Origin: Nymphaea colorata
Lineage: Eukaryota
Direction: 5' to 3'
DNA length: 64,000 nucleotides
NCBI RefSeq assembly: GCF_008831285.2
Contig: NC_045138.2
Coordinates: 32,116,001 to 32,180,000 of the forward strand
Shown: piece by piece, positions 48,101 through 60,500 of the stretch
How positions within the stretch are numbered: the stretch's first letter is position 1
Layout: each line of letters starts with the position of its first letter
Notes under the pieces: generated by a model
The model's input: only the letters and a program-made list of their open reading frames with translations
The model's database searches: none
What the model was told of the DNA's origin: nothing
Position numbers and translations under genes: made by a program

Positions 48101-51100
48101 AGCAAAAGCTTTATCATGTCCTGTAGGAAGTTGATTTACAAGCAAATGGCAAAAAACTAATAGATCACTTCAGCATGAAATACTTACAATACAGATATGA
48201 TTGCGGTAATCAAACCAATTACGAATTCGTACGCAGCTGCAATAAGAACCCACAAACATGCAGAGATGAGCATTTGAATGCAGGAAGCCATAACAAAATG
48301 AAAATTTCGCATAATATTTCCAAAGCAATTAAAATGTACATACTGTAATCCAGTGATATCGTTCTTTGTAAGCCGGTTAAGGACATCAATTTCCACCATA
48401 GCAGCATCACGATATTTACGTATGCTTCTCACTACCTTGATTGCCACATACTCTCGTGCTTCACGATCCCAGCATTCTAGAACACGACCGAAGGTGCCTA
48501 TAATTCAAACTTCAAAGGATTACCAGGACAACAGAAAAAAAAAAATGAAAGGGTGGGTCATGTTAAAATAAGCTTCTCAAACAACCAGAATACTTGCGAT
48601 TTACCTTCACCAATCTTGCTCAGTATTTTATCTGCAAGATAGCAGAAAACATCAAAAACCATGCAAAAACATCGATAATAAAGACAACTATACAACTTCG
48701 GCAATCTATCAACCAACCAAAAGTGACTAAAAAGGAGTTCTGTATGATGCCAGTAATGGTATTCGCAACCATAATAATACAAACTAAAATTAGCATAACC
48801 ACAATCATATGCACAAGGAAAAAAAACCAGTAAAAGGACAGCACTTAATGCATACATACAGGTGTGCACACACACACAAATGCATTTAGATGCACATGTG
48901 TAAACACCTGTACAAAAAGGATTTGTGGATTTGGATAACCAATATTCAATGAACATCTGACCAGTTCAGCCATTTTTTCCAATCTAACTTCATGGATGAG
49001 ATCAAACAGCTCAACAATGAACATCTTTAGGTTTGAAAAAGAATGCCAAAATCTTATGCAACGACTAGATTTTATGACCCTCCAATTCTCAATCTACCAT
49101 TGAGTTTAAACTTTAAAACCCTCATAAATCTTGATCTGTGCATCGGCTTTTCATATTTTTTAACCCTACAGATTTGGGACATCCAAAATCAACGTGAAGT
49201 CAGAAAAACAAAAATCAGCCAGACAATCAAAAATATTGGTTGGAAACACACAGACACACATAGAATTGTGGAGGTGGAAACTATGCATGCAAGTTGCAGC
49301 AATGTAACTGCATAGATATTGCTAAGAATCAGAAATTGAATCATATTTTCAACATAGGATCAAGGTATTTTCAATTTATCAAGATTTGACATAATATGGG
49401 CCCTTGAGTCTCAAATTTCAAGTCTTATAAAAACTTATATTCAGTTATGACCGAAGACTCATTCCTGGTACAAAATATATGCATTACATCTGTAAGTTTG
49501 ATCTCTCTGTGTGTGTGTGTGTATAGCCCACATATGCATGGAGACAGATGCATGTATCTAATGAACCAGAACATGGCTATGTAGGTAGATTCTTACAGAT
49601 ATTAACTTAGCTGCAATTTTGAGAAACAACTCCAAGGCAACATAATTATGAAATGTTAAATGATAACTTGAAATGTGCAATTACTCATGTGTCTCACAAA
49701 CATAAACAAGAAAAATACAAATAGCTACAATAGTGTGAAGAAAACCGCCTTTATATCGAAATGATGAGACACATTATATCACATGAATGGATAAAGCTAA
49801 AGCTAAAATGTTCAGTCGGTGGAGGAAAATGGGTCACAGGACTCATAACCACCAGATTTTGTGATGCATGTCTTCCTATGTTCATGAATACTTCATGATG
49901 TCATGATGTCTGGTCTTGCTGTGCTTTCTCATGTCAACATGGGAAAAATGTGTGAAAATGGAGGGTGCATGTACTGTTTAGACTATGAACATATCAACGG
50001 TTCAATGCTCAAGGAACTCTCCTCATTTCACCTTGTAAAAGTTCAACTTGTAAAAGAGAAAACGGATGGATATGATACAACAATTCTCAGGATAACCCAT
50101 TTAAGGAGCCAAGATAACACCCTTTCAATCCTTGAAAGTCTGACCCGAGTGTTTCTTAGAATCTTTACACGATTTCCCAAACAGCCAACAGGTACTTACA
50201 AGATAAAACTCAAAAAAATATGCCTCCCGACAACAAACTGGAATCTTCTCTTCTTGCTTTCCTATTGCAGTGGAATATCCAATTTCTTGATTCAAATGGC
50301 ATAGTCACGACTCGGGCATGTGTCACTCAGTGTTGAGTGTTGCTACCGTTGAAAATAACATGGACGTTTGCCCATCAAAGAAGAGGACACACCCTACCTC
50401 CTTTGATCTTCGTTCATAGAGTGGGTCAGGGCACAGGTGTTCATCATTCGTATCCACTACGAATGTCTACACGACTCCTTGTTTATCTGGAATTGTACAT
50501 AAATGCTAATAGAAAATTCTGCCAAATAATCAAGCATACGATTTCTCCACTTTTTGTACCACAACCACCTACTCAGCCATTATGTATTCCGTGCTATGGG
50601 GTTCCTTCATTGTAGATTAAATACTCATATTTCATCGCTACCACTCCCTAGGCTAAGCTCCCGACTAATGTGCGTCCTCAGTGTAGGATCAACATCGCCA
50701 AGAAACAGAGATCACAAATTCACCACCAGACCAAGAAAGAAAGAAAGGACGGAAGAGATAAGGGGAAAAAAGGTTCAAGGGGCATACATCTGGGCGTTAA
50801 GTTCTCTCCAAGATCAAACACATAATGTCCCTCTCGATCATCATCCCGCATAGGAGGCGATGCCCTGGAAGAGCCCGCATCTGCCACAGCCAACCGGCAA
50901 TCCACCCTGCCCCTCTCCCCGTGCTCTACCAAACGGCTGACACCCTCAGCTTCCCGACGAGCCTACACAGATCAAAACCATATCAATACCAAAGAAAATA
51001 AACCACTTCAAACTTCTTCTCCACTTTCCATAGCCCCACAGTATTCAAAAAGAGGAAAATAACTCTAACGAGCCATAACTTGCCGCACACCCTAATTAAC

Positions 51101-51402
51101 CACACAGCTCGGCATGCTTTGTTATCTCGACAAACAGGGACAGCATCCAAACAAACAGTAATAAAGAAATGCTAACGCCTAAAAATAAGCAAACCCTAAT
51201 TCTTCCACCGAGCAACCAATGCTTGCTAAACTTCCGGCAAGTAAACCATCAGCACAACAACGAGAGATGGGATCATCAAAAATGCGGTGACAATAAAAAA
51301 CCTAATTTCACTTTAAATAGACCATAAGAGGCGGACCTGAGAAGGGGGAGAAGGGAGGACGTCCCAGGTGGGTCGAGGCCTCTTCCTCTCACGCCTTTCC
51401 AT
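45131..51402 (-). CDS. AFC3: LAMMER (CLK-family) protein kinase, AFC3-like, 410 aa
   Basis: 12 exons: 51402-51337, 50962-50788, 48631-48605 (27-nt micro-exon), 48497-48344, 48236-48188, 47585-47471, 47291-47200, 47104-46957, 46240-46176, 46073-45976, 45605-45500, 45268-45131; total 1233 nt. Motifs: [54 protein letters not shown] and the signature [11 protein letters not shown]. The AFC3 paralog call rests on remembered similarity. Confidence 0.9.
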
Positions 51403-53289
51403 CTCCTTCGCCTTGCTCGCGAGGAATTGGATCGTTCCTTTCCCTCCTCTTTGTCTCCGTGCTGTCCTAGCGTTGCCTTCTAAGCAGCGCTCCGCCAGAA
51501 ACACGGAGCCCCGGCGAATTCTTTCAGTCTGAAACAAATTTTTCCGGCTCCCGCAGATAAGAAGGAGGAGGGAACAAGTTACTGGATCTGCAGAACCGAC
51601 CTCTGACCCGAATTTCGTGGACAAGTGGATCGTCTCCGATTTTGGGTTTAGGAACTAGTTTTTTTTTTTTTTTACCTAAAATTTTACATTGAACCCCAGC
51701 TTTTGCCTCTAATTGTGTATAACTCCCATTTTTTCTAAAATCATATACGTCCAACGTAAAACTTGCTCTGGAATTTGTCTCCATGTATGTTGAAAGGATG
51801 TTATATTGTTAACCAGAAGTTGACACATAAAATTCTCACAATCTTTCATAATGGACTATCAGATGGAGAACACTTGCTCTTGAAAGATAATACTTATTGC
51901 ATATTAAAATTAGGTATTGTTGAGAGGTAGGCTCCCGACCTTTATTATTACCAAATCATAGCATATTTATAAAAAAAAAAAGTTAGGTTTTAGAGTCGAA
52001 CATGAAATTTACTTCGTTATTAATGTTATGATCCATACTAAGTCAATAACTTGATATGGCAAATTCCCGATTTGCTTGGCCTACTAAAAGCGAAAAACTA
52101 AAAAACAATATTCAAAGAAGTTAATGTCATTGTCACCGTCACCGCTTTTTTTTTTTTTTTTTTTACTCATATGACATGAAACTTTGATTCACCGAGCAAA
52201 CATAAAACCCTGAGACTAGTACTCCCACTTGTGAAACATTTGTCTTCTTTAGGCTTTGAATTGTAGTTTTTGTATTATTTTTATTCAATGATAATATATA
52301 TATTAGTATTAAAAATGTAGTTTATATTCAAAAAACAATTTTTTTTTTTAATTGGTTTGTACCCGGGCTCGGGTATTGGACGTCGGGCCAACCCAAGCCC
52401 GAGTCTTATCCGGCCAGGCCGGCCCGATGCTGAGGTCTATGTTTGCCCACACTAGTCCCACCAACTATGTTTATTCTTTATATCAGGACTTGAAATATTT
52501 AATTGTTTATATATGTAGGTCTCCTAAAAACATTAAAGTTTTTGAAAAAATGTCACGCCAAGTATAATTTTTTTGGCTCAGCCAATGCTATCAGTTGTTT
52601 TGTTTTGCGCTAAAAGCTAATCACCAGTCAACCCTCCCCACCCACCCCAGTGGCGTTGATGTGTGACCAGGCAATTGCCTTGTTTGTGTGTACAATGTCT
52701 TACTACATTTTATTTATTTATAACTTGGTGTTTTTTAAAATTACAAATATTAAATATTAGTGCTCCTTAGTTAGAAATTTCTGGCTCGCATAATCAACCT
52801 ACTTGGATGAATATTCTGAGCAATTAATTAAAGGGAAAAAAATGCTATTTTCAGCTCATCAACAACAAGTTAGACATAGACATCCCTTCATATATAATAA
52901 TTCTAAACAATATTGGCATAATACAAGTAAAGATTATTGGGAAACAATAGCATCAAGAGTAAATTTTTTGCACACATGACATATAGTGTTTGCCAAGATA
53001 TGGGACATGACCAATGCCAATAATGTTTTGGCGTGAATCGTTAACTAAATTAGTATTTTTTTTTAGTTTAGCATGTTTATGTGGCAAAAAAAAAAAGAAT
53101 GAACGGCTTTTATAACATCGATTTTTTAATAGTAGACAAAAATAATGTTTTTCTTAAAACAACTTAAATTGAGACATATTTTACGTTGAATTGGTATTTA
53201 TGAACACATTAGGATCCACATGCTGCTTAAAATATTTTTAACAATTATTTAAGAGGTTTAGGTTTTGTCACTCACTTAGCATGTGTGTT

Positions 53290-53327
<38 letters not shown>

Positions 53328-53670
53328 TGAGTGCACTAACAAAGGTTGAGAAAAAAACGTAAAATGTACATCAATTTTTCCTCATTATTTTCTCTTAATC
53401 CTCAATACAAATTAAATGGCTGCGTGACTTTAAAAGACTATAGTAACCATTCAATTTTATGCATGTATATAATATATATATATATATGTGTGTGTATGGT
53501 AATTATAGATTTCAGACCACTCAACATTCATCATTGAAATACTTTTTTATATATCAAAACGTACATATATTGTATTAAGAATGTTAATAAGTCAATTTCT
53601 CAAATTAACATGCTTCTATAGCAATAAAGAAACGAACATTCTAATAACTTATATTTTTTATAATATAACA

Positions 53671-53863
53671 ATGATTTATTAAAAAACAACTTGAACTAAG
53701 ACGTATTCTGTATTTAGTATATATAAACACATTAAAACGATAATATGTTGTTTAAAATAACTTTTTTATGATTTATTGAAAAACGACTTGAACTAAGACA
53801 TATTCTGTATTGAGTATTTATAAACACATTAAAACGATAATATGTCGTTTAAAATAACTTTTT
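53671..53863. repeat. Tandem duplication, 97 bp x2
   Basis: ATGATTTATT..ACTTGAACTAAGAC..TAAACACATTAAAACGATAATATG..TAAAATAACTTTTT at 53671 and 53768. Confidence 0.9.
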
Positions 53864-54228
53864 GCATTAATTTAAGACATCTAGTTCTTGTCCTTAACTG
53901 GTATGGGATGTATCGATTTTCCTATCTATATACACACAATTCTGGTAACGGGAGACAACTTAAAAGGCTAAAAGGGTCAAATCGTTACAAACTTTAGGGA
54001 GAAAAAGGTGGTTTCTTGTTTTAGGTACTGAGAAAACGCAATGCATGTAATTAACAAGTTCGTTTTTAAACATGGTGGAGGAAAAGGCCTTTTAGACTTT
54101 TAGTCGAAACTGAGTTTTCCTACAACCTTATTTCACTGATGGAAAAACCGTGTTTGGTTCCTAAACAGGTTTTTAGGTGTCACCCAAACACGGCGTTAGG
54201 TCCCAATCATACTTTGGCAAGTCAATGG

Positions 54229-54542
54229 TAAGGTTGAGCAGCGGGCCGGGCCGCCGTAGATACCTTGCTAGGGCCCAAAAAGAAAAGGCATTGTGTCGGC
54301 TGGATCCGGTTGGGCCCGATAAGCCGATGGGCTTGATAAAATTTGTAATATTTATTTCATTAAGTTATATATATAAATATAATATGTTAGTACTATTAAT
54401 TATATTTATCTATTATTTTATATTAAAAACATGTATTTTTAAAAATTTAATTGGGCATGACTCGGGCTCGGGTTTTAATGGTCAAGCCAGGCCAGGGCTA
54501 GGGTTTCGGGTGTCGACCGGTCCGAGGAGTTGACGACCTTTA
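54229..54542. mobile_element. hAT-type MITE (GGCCC-rich family)
   Basis: Left TAAGGTTGAGCA; GGCCC-rich arms around an AT-rich core, as in 29009-29312. TSD not recognisable. Confidence 0.65.
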
Positions 54543-55024
54543 TCAAAAAAGCCCCCAACTTTGATCAACAAAAAATATGAGTTGGGTACATGAGAAACAA
54601 AGTCATTGAGTTCATGTTCTAATATTGCCAATTTGTTATCCAAGCTTTTTCCATGGAGATGCATTGGTAAAACTTGGGCAGCTAGAGCCTACCCACATCA
54701 TGAAAATTATCTATGATAACTTTCTGAAAGTAAGGAAATCAAGGAGAAGCAATGCAATTAATAGTTGACAACTTATAGATAATGACAGTATAATTGTATC
54801 CATGCACACCTATTGTTGTGGTAAATATCATACTGATAAGGCAAGAACTTGTCGCCTTCCAAACTTGTGAACCAAAAGAAACTCACGGGATTAATCTGAG
54901 TTAGGGTTTATTTGATGCAGTGTAACCTTGATCAAAACCAGGTTCTCCTCTGCCCGCTAAAACTGAGTCACCAAGTTAAAGTCAAATCCATAAATTGGTA
55001 TCCCCATTTTCAATAGCACAAATC

Positions 55025-55065
<41 letters not shown>

Positions 55066-55414
55066 TAAGCATGGGCATCGAGCTGGTCTGGTTTGGCCTG
55101 GCTTGATAATGAGTCGGGCCCGAACCAGCCTGACATCCAAAACCTTGGCCCAGCTTGACTCGAAAAACCTAAGCTCAAGCCCGGCCCAATTAAATTTAAA
55201 TATGTATTTTTAAATAAAAAGTCATATAAATATAATTAATCATAATACAATATTACATATATATATATAAATTAATAAAAATTTAAAAAACTGATTATCA
55301 AGTTGACAGAGACTTATCGGGCCGACCCGGGCCAGCCTGGGTTCCTATTTTCTGAGCCCGAATAGGGCCGGGTAGTGGGTACCCGACAATAACCCAGCTC
55401 GGCGCTTAAGCTTA
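55066..55414. mobile_element. hAT-type MITE (GGCCC-rich family)
   Basis: Ends TAAGCATGGGCA / CGCTTAAGCTTA; TSD ATAGAAAT / ATTGAAAT. Confidence 0.75.
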
Positions 55415-57568
55415 ATTGAAATCAATGGGTTCATTTCTGACACAGAGAGAATCCATTAATTTCAATATATATATATATATATATTGTTTTAAGTCAAATG
55501 AAGTTAGCTTTTATGTATGTTTGTCTCTTCATTATAAAGAAAGCAAATGATGATCTTAAAATTGACAAATTTAATGTAAATAGAAGAACCATAAAATGAT
55601 TAAGAATCATTTGTTACATTTGTTCGATAATTCACAGAAAGCATAAAGTTTATTTTCTAAAGAAAGTAAATAACAGCTTGCTCATGGATTTGTAAATAAT
55701 ATCACACAACGAGTGAACATGTGACCTCCCATAAACCATCAATGAAGCTAAGCAAAATATCTTATAAATCAGTTCATATTAGCCCATATAAGGAGTTTTG
55801 TGTACTTGTTATTCTAATCAAACCCATGTAAGCGGTTAAAACGAAGTGTTACTGCGATATTTTCTTTCTAGGATAAACGATCTCGTTGTTTTTACAAGCA
55901 AGCGTTCAAGAACTCGTGGTTAAATCAACGAGCATCTAAAATTTTCCAGAGACAAACATGCGTAAGATTGTGGTGCTCCGCCTGGTTTGGGTTTGTACGA
56001 ATGCAAAAGATTTCGATTCGTAAAAGCGTAGAGAAAAGAGGGAGAGATCTGGATTCAACCATCCATCCGTTGATCTCAGGAAGGACTGCTCCACGCTCCC
56101 GCGTTTGTGGGGACACTTGGGGAAAGGTATAAGTGCCTCACTTTTTTGTGCCTTTCTATTTCATCGTCCAATCTATCCTATCTCCTCCCCCCCTCTCTCT
56201 GCAGATTACTGCAGGCTTACAAGCCACCGCCTTTACCTTGCCTCCCTAAATCTCCATTGCATAAAGAAATTATCTTCCTCCCATCCCCTTCCCCTAGCGA
56301 TCATCATTTATACGCATATTCCCTTGTATTCTCATTCTTTCCCTCTATGTCCGTCACTGGTGTGTTTCTCTAAGAGCCCGTAGCGCAAAAGGCTTCCGAT
56401 CGTCACAACTGTTTTTCATACGGTTCACCCATCTCATCAGTTGCCTTCTTTGGAGGTGCTTATCGATCCAACGTATGTCTGGGCGTTAAGTTCGATCTAT
56501 TTCTGTTGTTTTATCGATCAATAATTGCGTCAAACAATAACTTTTTTTGTCAATTATTACCGCTTTGATGTTGAATTTGGTGTATTGGATGATTAACTTT
56601 TACAAATTTTGATGTCTGTTTCGTGGGTCGTTAGAAGAGCTTGGTGCGAAGGACCAGAAGGAGACAAAGAAGATCATCTATTTGTTTTTTCAGTGTCGTT
56701 CTTTGCTCCTTTCTGACTATATCATGAATGATAAAAAGGAGTTTTTTGATCCTCTTTGATGGTTGTTGGCTTTTTTTCCTAGGTGGGTTATGGATGTTTG
56801 GTATTCTGTTGGTTCTATGTGTGACATTCACGTGTTCGATGTGGTTTTGTTTTGCAGACTGAATCATGATTTGGGGACAATCCTTTAGAAGCAAACGAAA
56901 AATCTTTTACGAGTTCATTTGATTTAGCTGCTTGTTGATTACCGTTTTACTGCATACCTCATGTGACAATAAAATTTAAGTCTATGAGCGTTCTTTCCCT
57001 TTGTTTGTTGCTCGTTAGCAGCTCTTTGTTGTGGATGTTGGTTGCAATATCTTAAAATATTATTCCTCGTAGGAGTGTTTTTTTCTTTTTCTCCTCTGCT
57101 GAAAGCCTGAAACCGTTGTTGATTTGGATTAAACATCTAAAATTGATAGTGGTTCAGTATTCTGCTTTTGCTTCTTATGTTAACTATAATGATCTTAATG
57201 CAAAATCGTTACAATGAGTTCCAAGTGTTCGTAAACATCTGTAATCTTGCCGTCGTGGCTTTTCTGGCAGTTAAGGACAATCAATCTTTTTTCTTTTTTT
57301 GTAATGTTTTCTGTTTATCCATGACCAATAACAGATTTTGTTCGGGATTTTTAGCTATAACTTATATCAAGGCTATCATACTAAGGTGTTGATGCATTTC
57401 AATAGCTCGTTCTTGTAGCTTGCCCTTGTTCATTCGAGTTGGCATATGAAGGAGTTATTCTTGTTTGATGATTCTAGTTCTATTGTTTGTTCAGCACGAA
57501 ATTGGTATACCCTTGAGAAGCCTGAGTACCTGGGATCAGACTGGGGAAGTGGAATTTTGCATGGGGAC

Positions 57569-60500
57569 ATGACGCCTAGACTGCGAAGTGGAGCGAGGAA
57601 GCCTGTAATGAGACAGAAAGGACTCGGTGAACCAATTCCAGTTTTGGGTGCTCTTGATCCTTCTTCTGTTCCTGCAGCAAACAAACCTACTAGACGGACA
57701 GCTGGAAGAGGGAAAAATTGTGATGCTAGTTCCCCAGGTTTAGGAAAGATTCCTTCGGCGAAAAACATTGGCACAAGACAAAGAGCTGCTGGTCGGGGAA
57801 GGGGAGTTAAATTGGCCAACCAGGACGAGGATTTTCCTGGTCAAGCTGATCGCGTCCAAGGAGTTGGTTTGGATCAGAAAATGGAAGAACGTAGTGCAGA
57901 TAAGTTAGTAGCTGAGGAGGAAGGAAGCACAGCCCCATTACCTGAAAGGGTATGAAATTAGTTTACTGCTATCAGTCATTATCTGCAACCTTCCTATTGT
58001 TTATCTTCTGGAGAATTAGGTAAATCATAAACAGTTACAGCAATGTCATGATTTATAGGAAATGAAGCAGTAATTGATTTTATCAGAGAATCTACTTTCT
58101 GGTCAATAAAATTGATGGAAGTATCTCTCTTTGTTTCTGACAATGATATAAAATGGAATTTCTTTGAATTCAAAACTCGTGGATTGTTTGAATTCAAATG
58201 TTTCTTTATTGGCTGAACACTAGATGAGACTGTTGCACCTTGGCCCTGGCTTGGGTGGTAAATTCCATTGGCCAAAGCCTTGGTATTGGATTTTATGGCA
58301 TAACTGGATTATGGATCTGGTGGTTGCTTGCTTTCCAACAGCTGCTTAAGGTTATACTAAAGTAAATATAACATTCCTATAACCAATTAGTTGTAGAGGG
58401 ATATGGTAGGTTCATTTATTTTAAGATTTTTTAGATTATTACTTTATTAGGTTATTCCATGTGTGTGAAATTTTCTGTCATTGAACTTTTTTCCTCTGGA
58501 ATTTGAAATCCCGACCTCCATGGTGGATGGTTTGGTGTGCTTCTCACTCTAAAAAAGTCCACCTCCTTGGATAGTTTGGTCTGCTCCTCATTCTCAAAGC
58601 ACCTACATGCTGCTGTGCATTTGCTTATCCAATTACAACTTCAAAACCATTTGTCTAACCAACAGTGATGAAGGCGCATGTGTGATTGTGTGGGCAATTG
58701 CACGTACGGATACACACAAAATGCTTACTTACATATTAGTTTTCCATGGCCATTTGCTTATTTACATATTGATGCCGATCAGCCACTTTACTATTTATTT
58801 GAAGGGTTTAAGATTTTTGTAGGGTATAAAATATGATTGCTATGTGTTAGTGCCTTCCAGTGAGAAATTTTTGGCTCTGCCACTGCCATCCAACAAAGGC
58901 AATTTTCTTTCTCATGTCTTCATATGACATCATTTTACATGATTAATAGTCTAAGAACTTACCATACATCATGCAAGATGATGAACATGGAAGACAGCAG
59001 AACAGTATCAACTCGCTTTGCTTTTGGCTTATCTTCATGTTTTATCTGTTCTTTATGAAAATTTCATTGTTTTCACTTCAGGTGCAATTTGGAAACTCAC
59101 CCGTTTATAAGATAGAAAGAAAGTTAGGAAAAGGTGGCTTTGGTCAAGTTTATGTTGGCAGAAGGGTAAGTGTTGGGACAGATAGAACAGGATCCGAGGC
59201 CCAGGAGGTAAGCTTTGGAATGGAATTTTGAAGTTTGAACTAAGCAGTTCTTTCATCCACCGATTATATGTTCATGTATTGACTCACTATTGATTATTAA
59301 AAGGTTGCTTTGAAGTTTGAGCATTGCAAGAGTAAGGGTTGTAACTACGGTCCTCCTTATGAGTGGCAAGTGTACAGGTAGATTAATTTTTCTAACTTAC
59401 ATAGTTCTTCCTTATTGAAGCATTGGTATTGTTCATTTGTAGACAAAAGTTTGTCTGGAAGCTTTCCTCTTTTTTTTGTTTTCTTCTCTCTTTCTCGGAC
59501 TATTATGAAATTTACCTTTTGTTTTTTTATTCTTCCAGCACTCTTAATGGCTGTTATGGATTGCCTTTGGTCCATCATAAAGGGCGGCAAGGGGATTACT
59601 ATGTTATGGTAAGTTATTTTCTGATGATCTTCCAGTGTTGACGAATGCTAGAACCTGCATAAGCAACATAGAGTGGATGTGCATACTGCATGGTGTCTCA
59701 TATCCAGAGCTTGACAGCCCTGTCAATGGCTTACTCTATGCAGACAAAGCCATATTATGATTGATAAGTTACTTTTGGGTGTGACGAGGGGAAAGTTAGC
59801 TTGATAAGAAATCAATGAACATTAGCAATGTTTTTTCATTGTGAACTCCAGGAAAGAAAAAGTATATCAAAGTGCATAAATTGAGCTAATGCTAGTGTGG
59901 TCATTGGATTGGGAAATTGTTCATGTTCTTGATTGCTTTCACAGTTTATAATGCTTTTCTCACTGGCTAGTAGGTAGCCAGCTGACCTAAGTCACGTGGT
60001 TACTTTGGAAACCCTGGGGACTAGTGCTAGTATGAAGGTGTGGGTACAGGGACACACCTGTGTCGTGTGTACATTTTACGTTTTTAACAAATTTTTTATT
60101 TTTTATTTTTTAAGCAAATTCTGCTGTGTTTGTTATATTTGTGAGCTGCATACGGACTATGAAATGACATGATTTGAGATACAATCATAAGTTTCATCTT
60201 CCAGTTAGGACGAACCAGGACCCCATCAATTCCAAAACCAACCCTATAGTGCCCTATAGTGACATTCCTTGCACCCTATAATCACATTCCTTCTCTGGTC
60301 CATGGTGCGGGGGTGGCTAACGCAAACAAAATTGGGGCATTTGACCGATTGGCCAGAGAGATCCGTTTGTACCCATCTGTCCCTATATGGAATGATGCTC
60401 TTTGTTATGCTGCAACCCATCTTGAGTCTCCACGACCTCTTTTCTCCATCCGTGACCCAAGAAGTTGGCTTTGCCAACATCATTAGGGTATCCCCTTTAT

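Noticed and set aside
57446..57568. Longer in-frame N-terminus for the CK1-like kinase from ATG 57446
   Set aside because: That ATG lies in T-rich intron-like sequence upstream of a good acceptor (TTTGTTCAG 57494). The family-typical start MxPxLRSG begins at 57569.
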